Assembly (NCBI GenBank): GCA_965287045.1
Contig: OZ336895.1
Coordinates: 15,624,001-15,688,000 of the forward strand
Length of the DNA: 64,000 nucleotides
Direction of reading: 5' to 3'
From: Carcharhinus amblyrhynchos
Lineage: Eukaryota
Shown piece by piece: positions 13,381 through 26,065 of the stretch. The first letter of the stretch is position 1. Each line of letters starts with the position of its first letter. Both the position numbers and the translations under genes were made by a program. The notes beneath the pieces were generated by a model. The model was not told where the DNA came from and made no database searches. It saw only the letters and a program-made list of their open reading frames with translations.

Positions 13381-13826
13381 GAAAGATGAGATTTGATTGT
13401 TCAGTGAAGTAGCATCATTAATGTGTTGAATAATATAAGAGAACTAATATAACATCACAAATATAATACTTGTTATCTCTTCATTTGGATGCCCGATGGA
13501 TTTTGCAGCCTGTCATCTGCAACATCCTGAACCCTTAGCCATAACTTTAGACAGATGTGATATATTGCTGGCTGACATAAAGAGAACTGCCTGTTGCCAA
13601 AGTGGCTGATAGAAGCTATTATTTGAAAATCAGTATCTCAAGAAACTAACATCAAAACATCGCTTTGTATTAAAAGAAAATGCTCTCTCCTGCCAGCCAC
13701 ACAAGCTTTGGTACTTTAATTCTGAGTCACACATTTATATGCACCAAGTCAATCAAAGTTAACGTCAACCGCCTCATAATGGGGGCTTCTTGAATACTAA
13801 CATGAAGCTTAACATGTTTATAGGTT

Positions 13827-13955
13827 GGCCGGGATTCTGTGACCTTGCCCGTGGCTGGCGTACTCCAGACTTGTTGCTGTGAATGGAGATTTGGCTGAGC
13901 GTCAGATTGTCACTGGCAGTGGCAGAGGGCTGTGCGAGCCGGCAGAATTCCGGCC
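13827..13955. mobile_element. MITE (PIF/Harbinger-like TIRs)
   Basis: TIRs GGCCGGGATTCT / AGAATTCCGGCC. The internal sequence resembles the MITE at 38666-38801. Confidence 0.75.
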
Positions 13956-15367
13956 ATTGTTTCTCCACCAACTATTTTAACAGAGGTGGTTAGCTATGTG
14001 TTAACGCCTCTATTACTATAACACACAAAGAATCACATATGTGTTAATGTTTGAACGTTCTCATTTCAAGATAGACATGACTAATAGCCAGCGGGAAAGT
14101 TTGCTGGAGACGTTTGAGTCTCTACAAAACGAAGTGCCTTAAGTGCTTGTGTGAGAAGGCATTTCTGCATCAATTTGATGGAACATTTTTATTTAACAGT
14201 TATAGTCAAATCATTAACACAGCGCCAACTATCACTGTGGGAAGCCTCTTGTACGTGATCCTGTCATGTTGCTATCATCTTCACAATTCAAAAATTGAAT
14301 CCAGTAAACTACTTTGAATTAAATGAGTAGACTTGCTGGCACGGTGGTTAACACTGCTGCCTCACAGCTCCAGGGACCTGGATTCCATTCTGGCCTTGGG
14401 TGACTGTGTGGAGTTTTCAAGTTGTCCGTGTGGGTCCCTCTGGGTGTTCCAGTTTCTTCCCATAGTCCAAAGATGTATGGATTAGGGTGGGTTGGCCATG
14501 CTAATGGGTTAGGTGAGTTGCCCCTTAGTGTCCCAAGATGTGAAGATTAGGTGGAATTCTCATCCTTGTTTCCAAATTCCCCATTATACTCAGTGCTCCC
14601 TATCTCTGTGACCTCTTCCAGCCTTACAACTCTCTGAAGTATCAGTGCGGCTCTACTTTTGGCTTCTTAGGCATCCCCAAATTCAGTTGCTTCATCATTG
14701 GTTTCCATGCCTCCAGAAACTTAGACCCCAAGTTGCGGAATTCCCTTCCTAAACCTTTCTGCCTGTCAATCTCTCATTTCTCCTTTAAGATGCTCCTTAA
14801 AGGGGAAAGTGGGATCAGGTTATTGAGTTGGATGATGAGCCTTGTTAACAGTAAATGGCAGAGCAGGCTTAAAGGGCCAAATGGTCTCCTCCTGCACCTG
14901 TTTTCTAAGCTTCTGTATTAAAGCTTAGCTCTTTGGCAAAACTTACTATCTGCCCTGAAATCTCCTTGTGTAACTCAGCATCAAATGTTGGAAGTTGCCC
15001 GTTCAGCAACTTGGGATGTTTTATAGCCTTTAAGGCTCTATGTAAATGCAAGTTATTGTGACCATCTTTATAGATCAGTCTATGAGTAGCACGAGCCTGG
15101 GATTGGAATAAATTCTCCCTTTGATGTTCTGCCCTATTGTTGAAGATTTAGTCCATGATCCACTGGTCGCTGTCTGAAACTTTGAACAGCAGAAACCCTT
15201 TGTGTGTGAGTTTAAACAATGATTGCTATTAGACTAATTGATTCATGGGTCAGAAGAAAAGGGGGTTGAAATCCAAGCCTAGGACCTGCATACAAACTCA
15301 CTCCAGAAAGAGTGACTGGATGGACATCAGGGACTTACTTGCCCTTTAAAGGTCAAGTCTTAAGACA

Positions 15368-15705
15368 GGGGGAGGTGATGGCCTAGTGGTATTATTGCTA
15401 GACTATTAACCCAGAAACTCAGCTAAAGTTCTGGGGACCTGGGTTCAAATCCCACCATGGCAGATGGTGGAATTTGAATTCAATAAAAAAAAATCTGGAA
15501 TTAAAAATCTACTGATGAAACCATTGTTGATTGTCTGGGGGGAAAAAACCCATCTGGTTTAGGTAAGGAAATCTGCTGATCTTACCTGGTCAAACTATGT
15601 GATTCCAGAGCCACAGCAATGTGGTTGACTGTCAACTGTCCTACTAGGGATGGGCAATAAATGCTGGCCAGCAGTGGTGCCCATGTCCCATGAATGAATT
15701 TTTAA
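15368..15705 (+). mobile_element. Second tRNA-derived SINE family
   Basis: A-box TGGCCTAGTGG, B-box GGTTCAAATCC and a LINE-shared tail ending ATGAATGAA. Confidence 0.88.
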
Positions 15706-16819
15706 AATATGTCTTTGAGGCCAGTTTTAATCTCCAAATTGTTGATTTTAGCTGACTCGACAAAGAGACCTTCCTGGTTTATGTGGCTGGGTTTTGGGCA
15801 GGACATTGGTCTATTGGTTCTGAAACATCTTCCAAATTTTTTGCAGCCTTTAAAAGGTTAATATAGGTTTAAGCGCACAAGAGTTCATTTATGAGACACT
15901 TGATGCCTCGTAAAAGGGAGCACTCTGGAGGCATGGTAATTCTGAATACAATGAAACGTTGACACACATCAAATTTAATTGTTTTATTCCACAGGAGCCA
16001 GATGTGATGAATTTCCTACCAGAAAGACAGACTAGAAATGTCTCCAACTGTTTTCATTTGCAGATAAGATTTTTTAGCAGTTAGAAATATTCAACTATTA
16101 ATTAATTGAGAATGTCCGCGGAGTGAATTTGAGGTGTTAAGAAAGATAACCTATAGCGCTGAAGCATATTACTCGAAGACTCAAACCAGCCTTTTCACAC
16201 CATTCCTCATGAGCTGAAGAATTAGTCTTCATTTTTCTTTCTATATTATGGACCTACTGCATATCTTTATGTCCTAAGCTTAGAAGGAACACAATTCTTC
16301 TTGGTCTAATCATCGTGGCAAGGTTAGGGAGTTTGCAGGTAATTTTAGAAAGTGAAAAGCAATGTTAACATTCAGATTTACACCCAATAACCTCTCTACT
16401 TGAAAGGTTGAAATATTAAAACATAAAAGATAGGAGCAGGAAGAGGCCATTTGGCCCTTTGAGCCTGCTCCGCTATTCATCATGATCCTGGCTGATTGTC
16501 CAGCTCAATTGCCTAATCCTGTTTTCTTTCCGCATCCTTTAATCTCACTCCCCCAGCTGCTATATCTAGTCGTTTCTTGAATACTTTTAATGTTCTGGTG
16601 TCAACTGCTTCCTGTGGTGATGAATTCCAGAGGCCCACCACTCCTTGGGTGAAGAAATCTCCTCATCTCCGTCCTAAATGCTCTACCCCGAATCCTCAGA
16701 CAATGACCCCTGGTTCTGAATATGAGATTAAGGTCATAAAAACACAGAAATGTAGAAAATGGATGCAGGAGTGGGCCATTCGGCTCTTCAAACTTGCACC
16801 ACCATTCAATATGACCATG

Positions 16820-17304
16820 TTTTTCTCTTTTACTCCACAGGTGCGTCGGTCCACCTTGTTGTCTAACGAGAGACATACACGCGGTGGGTTGTGCATGGGC
16901 TGCTCTTAGATGTTTCGAGAGTAGCCTAGTACTTCACGTCGTTTGTGTACGCTTAAACTGGACCAGCAGATGGGCACCACGACAGCTCAGTGACTATCAC
17001 TGTTTGCTGTGCAGATACATGGATTTGGGCCAGTATCTGTGGGAGTTTGCGCATTCTCCCCATGGTTGCGTGGGTTTCCTCCGGGTGCTCCGGTTTCCTC
17101 CCACACCCCCAAAGATGTGCTCTTAGGCTGATTGGTGTAACAAATTGTCCCTAAATTATTCTCCCCTCAATCTGGTTTCCAACGTGGGTGCCATAAGCAT
17201 AGACATGGGTCAAGGGTGGAGGAGGAAAAGCACAATATTAAAATGGCGGCATGGGCTCGTTGGGCAGAAGGGCCTGTTTCCCGTGCTGTGTTCTTTGTTC
17301 TTTG
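16820..17304 (+). mobile_element. Atypical V-domain retroposon inserted into a CR1 tail
   Basis: It splits the CR1 sequence ...ATATGACCATG | GTTGATTATG... and carries the V-domain (17035-17120) and a GTTCTTTG tail, but no tRNA head. Confidence 0.65.
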
Positions 17305-17705
17305 GTTGATTATGCACTTTCAGTATCCCACTCCCACTTTCTCTCCATACTTCAAAATCCTGTTAGCTGCTCCCTCGTGAACACATTTTGATTTGATTTG
17401 ATTTATTATTGTCACATGTATTAGTATACAGTTAATTTAGTGAAATGGCCACCAGCAGCTTTCTGTGGTAGGGAATTCCACAACTCTTTGAGTGAAGAAG
17501 TCCTTCCACATCTCAGTCCTGAATGGCTTACCCCTTATTCTTAGACTGTGACCCCTAGTTCTGGACTTTCCCAACATTGGGAACATTCTTCCCACATCCA
17601 GTCTGTCCAGTCCCATTAGGATTTTACATGTTTCTATGAGATCCCCTCTCATTCTTCTAAATTCCAGTGAGTACAAGTCCAGTCGATCCAGTCTCTCTTC
17701 ATATG
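17305..17705 (-). mobile_element. CR1 LINE 3' fragment
   Basis: ORF 17437-17676(-) YSLEFRRMRGDLIETCKI...FFTQRVV. Confidence 0.88.
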
Positions 17706-18379
17706 CCCTTCAATACATGCTAGAGTGCTGCTCTGAGGGTGTAATCACATTACAGTGGCAGCACCTATGCAATGTTGTGTGACTCCGAGTCTACACTACA
17801 GGGCTATTCTCAACCTTGCCGTGCCTGGCTCTGATCAATTCCAGAGAATAGCGTGTGGACCTAAATCAGTTCTGCGCCCAGCGTCAAACAACTTACAATT
17901 CTCCCAGCTCCTTTCTAAACTGGATCACACCCTGAAAGGCCACAAGGCTGATTAGCATCTTTAAAGTAGCATTTAAATATGCATAGTCAGTTTGACTCCC
18001 AGCGCACAGGAATCTCTGGCCGCCACTGGCACAGACCTGTCACTGTGGCCATGTCGGGGGTCTCAGAGGCCATTGAAACCCCAAGCGGGTGGGGGCATGG
18101 CTGGGTGGTGCCCATCAGGAGGACCCCGATGTTGACAACCCATGCCAGGTAGGGGGTGGGGGAAAGATGCTACTGATAGATTTGGGGGAGGAGTAGGTCC
18201 TGCTGCCCACTGGGGGGATTGAGGAGGTCTCCCAGTGCACCGTGAGATCAGGACAACCTTGCAAATCGCAGCCCAAACGCTCTAATGCCGGGCTCACCGG
18301 TGTGTTTAGGCACCAGTGCAGACTCGATGGGCCGAATGGGCACCTCTGCACTGTAGGGATTCTATGATCCCGTGATTCA

Positions 18380-19120
18380 TCCTCAACCAAGAGGACGAAG
18401 AAGATTAAAATTCAGGAAGCGTAGTGGAGGATATGCCCCTGTCTACATCAATGGGGACAAAGTAGAAATAGTCGAGAGCTTCAGGTTTTTAGGTGTCTAG
18501 ATCGCCAAAACCTGTCCTGGTCCCCCCATGCTGACACTATAGTTAAGAAAGCCCACCAACACCTCTACTTTCTCAGAAGACTAAAGAAATTTGGCAAGTC
18601 CGCTACAGCTCTCACCAACATTCACAGATGCACCATAGAAAGCATTCTTTCTGGTTGTATCACAGCTCGGTGCGGTTCCTGTTCTGCCCAAGACCACAAG
18701 AAACTATAAAAGGTCGTGAATGTAGCCCAATCCATCATGCAAACCAGCCTCCCATCCATTGATTCTGTCTGCACTTTCCACTGCCTCGGCAAAGCTGCCA
18801 GCATAATTAAAGACTCCACACACCTTGGACATTCTCTCTTCCACTTTTTTCCATCGGGAAAACAATATCAAAGTCTGAAGTCATGGACTGCCTCAAAAAC
18901 AGCTTCTTCCCTGCTGCAATCAACTATTGGATAGTTTGGACAATCTCGCATTAAGTTGATCTTTCTCTGCACCCTAGCTATGACTGTAAAACTACATTCT
19001 GCACCCTCTCTTTTCCTTCCCTATGAACGGTATGCTTTGACTGTATAGCCTACAAGAAACAATATTTTTCACTGTGTACCAATACGTGTGCCAATAATAA
19101 ATCAAATCTGATCAAATCTG
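18380..19120 (+). mobile_element. Rex1/Babar-like LINE 3' end
   Basis: It translates as VKKAHQHLYFLRRLKKFG...ESILSGCIT...VAQSIMQTSLPSIDS and ends in an AAATC tail. Confidence 0.85.
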
Positions 19121-19832
19121 CCCATTCATTGCACTGTGGGACAGCACCTGAAGGGTGCATCCCATTTTTGACCCTCACAGATTTAATCTGAGTATATTGC
19201 TACTAAACATCCGATGTGAACGTGCTGTCAGGAGCCTGGGTAAAGCCTTACAAGAGTTTTTACATCCCCGGGATTGAAATTTAGCCAATCGGCTAAGGAC
19301 TTATCTTCAACAGCGATATATCTATTCCTCCGAAGGATCACTTTATTCACGTAGAGGCAAGATTTGAGAGTCGACATTGCTTTGGTTTGAACTCACCTAC
19401 CTTGGCAATGTTAGGGACAGGAAATCAGCCAAGGCTGGGCTTGGCAGCGATGCCCCCTATCAGTGAACTGGCTAGCAGCACCCGTTGTGATACATGAATG
19501 ATGATAACTTGGGCGAGGGCAGGATGGGTGATGGGCACACGTAAGCAGGGGAAGGGGAGAAATATAGAATCCCTACAGTGCAGAAGAAGGGAATTCGGCC
19601 CATCAAATCTGCACTGACTCTCCAAAAGAATATCTGACTCAGGTTCATCCCCCTCCCCATCAGATTTACCATGGCTCACCTACTCAACCTACACATCTTT
19701 TGACACCAAGAGGCAAGATGCCAAGAGGCCATTTAGCATGATTAATCCACCTAATCTCTGTCGCAGAAAATTGCGACGTCATTCTGGAGCTGATGCTTAT
19801 ACTGTGGACAGTGCGCCTGGGGATTAATACTG

Positions 19833-19851
19833 AGGCCACTAGATGGCACTC
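19833..19851 (+). promoter_or_regulatory. CTCF consensus site
   Basis: AGGCCACTAGATGGCACTC closely matches the CTCF core CCAC(C/T)AG(A/G)(G/T)GGC(A/G)C and lies in non-repeat sequence. Confidence 0.6.
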
Positions 19852-20124
19852 TGTTTGCACCAGTCACACATGTTTATGAGGGTAAATATGGCTTAATATG
19901 ACACACAGAATTATTCCATCATAGCTGCTTAATACAGAAGGAAAGGTGTTGGAAGATTCACCTTCCACTAGTAAAGAGAATCTTTTGCACACTTAGTTCA
20001 AACATCAGAAGTCAAGAAATGTAAGGAAAAGGTTTTAAAGTTGAGAATGGAGCCAGTTCAGTGTGCTCTGGGATGTCCTGTGCATGTACATTTGTGAAAT
20101 AGAGTAGTTCAGAAACTATCAATA

Positions 20125-20408
20125 AAGTTTATTTATTAACGTCACAATTAAGCTTACATTCACACAATGAAAATCCCCTCATCGCCACATTCTGGCGCCT
20201 GTTCAGGTACACTGAGTGAGAATCCAGCATGGCCAATGCGCCCTAACCAGCACGTCTTTCGGACTGTGGGGGTAGCCGGTGCACCCGGAGGAAACCCACA
20301 CAGACACGGGGAGAACATGCAGATTCTACACATACTGTGCCCCAAGCCAGGAATCGAACCTGGATGCCTGGCGCTGTGAGGCGGCAGTGCTAACCACTGT
20401 GCAGCCCC
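20125..20408 (-). mobile_element. HE1-related SINE, alternative tail
   Basis: Head and V-domain on the minus strand. Confidence 0.9.
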
Positions 20409-20711
20409 TGATGTTAAGGAAAAGTGAGACAGCAAATAGTAATGATAAATGAAACATCTGAAGTGAGTAAACTTGAATGACTCCTACAAACAACGAGGGT
20501 GGAAATGAATGTTAAATTGAGGTCTGTGGAAGATGTCTTAATTTGATTTATATAAAAATTACAGAAGCATTCATGAGCAGAGCTATGTGGGACCCTTATC
20601 CCCACCCCCCGGCCCCCCACCATCGCCCCACACCCTCCAATCCAGGTTCTCAGTGCGCTATCTGCAGGAACAGGTGAATCTATGGTCGTGCTAACGGACT
20701 GAGGGAGCCTG

Positions 20712-20762
20712 TTCCGGGAAAGCAAACACAGACAGCACAGCCAGCCGTTCACTTCACTTTCC
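20712..20762. promoter_or_regulatory. Candidate STAT (GAS) + IRF element
   Basis: TTCCGGGAA at 20712-20720 and TTCACTTCACTTTCC (= GGAAAGTGAAGTGAA) at 20748-20762. Confidence 0.45.
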
Positions 20763-21559
20763 GCCTACACTAATATTTATGTCTCCTTATTCCACGGTGC
20801 AACTGGCAGCTGAGCTGGAAGTAAAAAAAAGAGGGGGGAAGAGTAAACCGCTGAGTTCCCTCTCCTTAGCTAGAGGCAGTGCAATTATTTGGCATAACAA
20901 CCTGGCTTTGGTGAGACTGGGAAGGAAATGTGTCTGGCCCGGATCCAGTCCATCAAAATGATAGAAAATAACTGAAAGGACTTGATAACCACAGACTTGA
21001 TTAGCTCCATAAGTGGTACTTGTTACCACTTAAGGAACCAATCAAATCCACCTGTGCGAAAACCATGGGCCGGATTTTAAATCATCCCAAAACCATAAAA
21101 TCCCATCCAAGATCAATGGACCTTTCTATAGTCTGCGTCTCGCTCGCTCCGAGACACCCAAAAAGTCCAGCCAATGTCCCGAGTCTTTGACTTGAGGTTG
21201 TACTTCATGAGCGTACATGAGATCAGGATTTATTTTATACTCCGTCTTGTCTCGAAATCATTGTGGGAAGGTTATTGATGGAAAAAAGAATATTTCCCGC
21301 CCAATGTTATTTTTCCCGACTAGCTTATGATTGTTCTTGGAAAATGCACAATCGAACGAGAAATGCAATCCAACTGGTCACTATAGGATGATGATGCAAT
21401 GGGTCCTAACATTACCCAAGAGAGGTAAAGCGGCATAGAGATTATCACTACTGCCTCATGACGTCAGGGACATGGGCTCGATTCCCGGCTTGGGTCACTG
21501 TCTGGATCACCAGTCACTACAGGATGCCAATAGGGTGTCAGATTTAGCAACCCAGTCAT

Positions 21560-21950
21560 TTCCAAAGACCTTGCATATAAATATATATAAAGCAGTTCTC
21601 ATGACATTCCATGGCCACAATTGAGTTATTTTGAAGTGTCGCCACTATTCTAAGCTTGGCAAATCCAGCTATCCATTTGCAAGGTCCCACATTTAGCGAG
21701 ATTATTTGTTTTAAGTCAGGTTGATTGGGGGATAAATCAGGGTCAAGCTCCCTGATTCATCTTTGAAAAGTACCATGGGATTTTTACTTCCTGAGTAGGC
21801 ATGCAAAGTCTTCGTTTAATGTCTCATATACAATGCTGCACTGAAGTATCGGCTAGATTATGCACTTAGGAACCTGGAGTGGGAGCTGAACCCTGTGACC
21901 CCTTGACACAAAGGCGCTACCTCTGAGCCTTGCCTGATGCCTGAAGAATG
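21560..21950 (-). mobile_element. Old Deu-domain SINE (SacSINE1/AmnSINE-like)
   Basis: The reverse complement contains ATGAGACATTAAACGAAG...AAAAATCCCATGGTACTTTTCAAAGA. Confidence 0.65.
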
Positions 21951-22146
21951 ATTATCAGCAGATTTTTCTGAGTAAGTCCGGGAGTGATCTTTTTCTTCAC
22001 GTGGACTTATCATTCAAGGCAGAAACCGTACTCATTAAAACATTTATCAAAAGCGCAACACTGCTTAAATGGTGTACAGGCATGAAAGCAGTTTGTGAGC
22101 CTGTCTTATACTGGCACCTCAATGTGCATGTGTGTGCACAAACATA

Positions 22147-22480
22147 ATCATAGAAACCATACAGTACAGAAAGAGGCCATTCGCGCCATCGAGTCTGCAC
22201 CAACCACAATCCCACCCAGGCCCTATCCCTACATATTTACCCACTAATCCCTCTAGCCTATGTATCTCAGGACAATAAGGGCAATTTTTAGCATGGCCAA
22301 CCAACCTAATCCGCACATCTTTGGACTGTGGGAGCAAACTGGAGCACCCAGAGGAAACCCACGCGGATGCAAGGATAATGTGCAAACTCCACGCAGACAA
22401 GTGACCCAACCTGGGAATCGAACACATGTCCCTGGAGCTGTGAAGCAGCAGTACTAACCACTGTGCTACAGTGCCACCCC
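22147..22480 (-). mobile_element. HE1-type SINE
   Basis: Full-length copy. Confidence 0.9.
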
Positions 22481-22667
22481 ATATGCACACACAGAGCACC
22501 TTACTACATCTTAGTGCAGCTTATTTGGTGATTGGGAAGGTGGAAATTGCATCTCATTTTCACCCCTCCACACCTTCCACCTGCTCTCAGGCACACCTTA
22601 CTTGATGGCTCTATACCAGTGAAGCAACTTCATACTGGACAGTGCATTAGCTGAGAAAGCTCTTTGA

Positions 22668-22668
<1 letters not shown>

Positions 22669-22751
<83 letters not shown>
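22669..22751. repeat. (TG)41 microsatellite
   Basis: Perfect dinucleotide run. Confidence 0.99.
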
Positions 22752-22754
<3 letters not shown>

Positions 22755-23594
22755 CAACCGACCGCGCACATGAAACAGCAAGATATCAGCCACTCACACT
22801 ATTATTTGCAAAAGTGTTCATTTCAGATCCACACTTAAGATTGCTGAATGTTAAACATTGACTAAATACTAACTCTTACGCAACAAAGGTGAAAGGCAGG
22901 GAGACTATAAAGGGTGCAGCAAGAGGGAAGTAGCCCCCCCCCCCTCCCCTTCCCCCAACCCTGTTTACATTTCCACATTCTGCAGCGCTGCAGAATATTA
23001 TATATCACTGCTTTATGCTGGCCTTTTCAATCAGCAGTCACATACCTCACACATCTGTGGGCGGGTGAGGGGGATGGGCAGTTCCAAAACAGCCCACGCA
23101 AACGGGGGAGTTCAGAGCCATAAAAGCAACTTTGCCCTGTATTTTTTTTTCTGAAAAGAATGCTTGCTGTCAGGCACAAGACAGGGCAAGGCAAGGCAGG
23201 TCAGACACATAGAGAGGCAGTGCAAACTGTGCGCAAAAGGCAAAAGAGATTGTGAAAATCTGTTTTCCTTCCATCCCGTCAGTAGGGACTCTGCAGCAAG
23301 ATCTGAGGCGTGCTGAGGTTGCTTTTCTGTCTCGTTTGGCCCCCATAGTACCTGTGGGAGGTAGACACTGGCATCAGTTTTCATTTTTGGATATTTCTAT
23401 CCGCGTTGAACTGGATCAGTCCCGTGCAATGGGAGTTTGCTGGAAATGCACCTTTACAAACAGAGTTAAAAGTTACAAAACTCCTGTACTCATGGCTGGC
23501 AGGAGTGGTTAGAGGCGGGTCGTGGATTTCAGAAATGTACAAAAAAAGATGAAGCTCTTTTAAATTTTAATAGCAGCACATTCATGGTCAATTA

Positions 23595-23882
23595 TTATTT
23601 ATTAGTCACAAGTAGGCCTACATTCACACTGCAATGAAGTTAATGTGAAAATCCCTGAGTCGCCACACTCTAGTGCCTGTTCCGGTACACTGAGGTAATT
23701 TAGCACAGCCGATTCACCTAACCCGCACATCTTTTGGACTATGGGAGGAAAACAAAGCACCTGGAGGAAACCCACGCGGACAATGTGCAAATTCCACATA
23801 GACAGTGACACAAGCCAGGAATCGAACCCAGGTCCCTGGCATTGTGAGGCAGCTGTGATAACCACTGTGCCACCATGCTGCC
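23595..23882 (-). mobile_element. HE1-related SINE, alternative tail
   Basis: Same structure as the copy at 3285. Confidence 0.9.
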
Positions 23883-23929
23883 TTATCTCTCCTGGGTAGT
23901 ATCACGAACAATTGCATCATCATTTGTGA

Positions 23930-24240
23930 GGAGGCGATGGCCTCAGGGTATTCTTCATGGACTATTAATCCAGAAAATAGAGATCGAATCCCGCCATGGC
24001 AGATGGTGGAATTTGAATTCAATAAAAGATATCTGGAATAAAGAATCTACTGATGACCATAAAACTATTGTCGATTGTCAGAAAAGCCCATCTGGGTTTA
24101 CTAATGTCCCTTAGGAAAGGAAATCTGTCATCCTACAGAGCCACAGCAATGTGGTTGACTCCCAACTGCCCCCGGTAACTAGGGATGGACAATAAATGCT
24201 GGCCAGCCAGCGACGCCCATGTCCCATGTATGAATTTTTA
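23930..24240 (+). mobile_element. Second tRNA-derived SINE family
   Basis: Similar to 15368-15705. Confidence 0.85.
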
Positions 24241-24939
24241 ACAATCGCAGTAAATGACTATTCACACTAAAATATGATGACATAAACTGGAGAACTTTAT
24301 TGAGGGACAGAGCCTCCTCCCACACTCCATACCGCCCCACCCCAGGGCCACAGACTACACACACACATGTGAAATGTAGGTGATAAATGGATCTTGTTTG
24401 GCTAGGCCCCTAACAGTTAAAGAGCTTGCTTAGGCTCTTGAGTGAAGGATGCTGGTTGGAGAGGGTGGTTTGGGATGTGGGAAATCATTGCAGAAAAGAA
24501 GAGGTGAAAACTGGAACAAGAAGTCTTATGTGTCTCATAACCAAAACAACATGCCAGCAATGAACAGACATCTCTTACATCTTGCATTGCTGTGATGCTA
24601 TTAACAGAAACTGTATCAGATAATATGTATCCCACATTTGCATATTATTGCGACATGACCACCCACATGAGAATGAAATTGCATTTATTTACCACCTTTC
24701 CTGACCCCAGGATGACCCAGAGTAATTTGCAGGCCATTAAGCATGAAGGCCCCACCTTCTCAACTTTCCTCTTTTTCAACCCCTCAGATTAAATCCCCAC
24801 TGATCTATCCTGTCACCCAAAGGGGAGAGCAGCCCATGGCCATCTGGGACTATGGCAATTTTAAGCACCTTTTGACATTTGCCCACTGCTTTACTGCAGG
24901 AAATGCAGCAGACAAGCTGTGCACAGCAAGATCCCAAAC

Positions 24940-25542
24940 TGCGGCACAGTGGTTAGTATTGCTGCCTCAGAGCTCCAGAGACCCGGGTTCAATTCTGGCC
25001 TTCGGTGACTGTGTGGAAACTGCACGTTCTCCCTGTGTCTGCGTGGGTTTCCTCTGGGTTTCCTCTCACAGTCCAAAGGTGTGCAGGTTAGGTGGATTGG
25101 CCATGCTAAATTGTCTTTGTGTCCCCAAGATGTGAAATAGATGGATTAGCCATGGCAAATGTGTGTGGTTATCAGGATAGGGTGGGGGAGAGGGCCTGGG
25201 TCAGAGAGTCGGTGCAAATTTGATGGGCTGAATGGTCTCTTTGTCACTGTGAGGATTCTGTGAAACAGCAATGTGACACTGATCAGATAATCTAACCTAG
25301 ATATTGATTGAGAGGTAGATGTTGAACAGAGTGGTGACACAGTGGTTAGCACAGGTGTCTCACAACATCAGAGACCTGGGTTCAACTCCCAGCTTAGATC
25401 AATATTTGTGTGGAGACTGCACGTTCTCCCCATTTCAGTGTGGGTTTCCTCTGCATGCCCCGATTTCCTCCCACAATTATCCATAGTTCCATTATGGGCT
25501 GAACGGCCTTCTTCTGCACTGTAGGGATTCTACAATTCTATG
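24940..25542 (+). mobile_element. Two adjacent HE1-type SINEs (24940-25262 and 25330-25542)
   Basis: Heads, V-domains and tails are recognisable in both. Confidence 0.85.
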
Positions 25543-25693
25543 ACCCCCCCGGTACTTCTTACCGCTGTCTTCGGTGTGACCCGGTGGTCTTTTCTCCTTT
25601 ATCTTGCTGCCCATGGTTAATGGGTTGAAAGTGGAAATGATGGAACATTGGCCCACTTTACTTCCCTAACCAGAACTGCAGCTTCCCCAGTTG

Positions 25694-25695
<2 letters not shown>

Positions 25696-25729
<34 letters not shown>
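25696..25729. repeat. (AC)17 microsatellite
   Basis: Perfect dinucleotide run. Confidence 0.99.
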
Positions 25730-25731
<2 letters not shown>

Positions 25732-25764
25732 CCATCACAAAGAAACAGCAGAGGATAGAGATTA

Positions 25765-26065
25765 GAAACATAAAAACAGAAATACTGGAAAAGCTCAGCA
25801 GGTCTGGCAGCATCTGTGGAGGCAGAAACAGAGTTAACATTTAGAGTCCAAGTATGATTCTTCTTCAGAACAAAAGAAAGGTGGGAATGTGATTCTGTTG
25901 AAAAAGGAAGTGGTGAGGGACAGGTAGAGCAAAAAGGAAAGTCAAGTATAGCTAGAGGGATCAAATCATTAAGATGTCATGGAACAACAGGCAATGAGAA
26001 TGGTAATGATAGTATTAGAGACACAAAGTGTTAGTGCAGAGTAAGTATTAATAGCAAAATAAGGG
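25765..26065 (-). mobile_element. Penelope-like terminal fragment (second family) with decayed hammerhead motif
   Basis: AAATACTGGAAAAGCTCAGCAGGTCTGGCAGCATCTGTGGA...; the minus strand has GTT-CTGAAGA-A-GAATC...GACTC-TAAA-TG-TT-AAC. Confidence 0.6.

Noticed and set aside
15368-15460. tRNA-like A and B boxes
   Set aside because: These are SINE heads. They do not form a full cloverleaf.
22664-22861. VC-repeat ORF (also the HT-repeat ORF at 42034-42381)
   Set aside because: These are translations of microsatellites.
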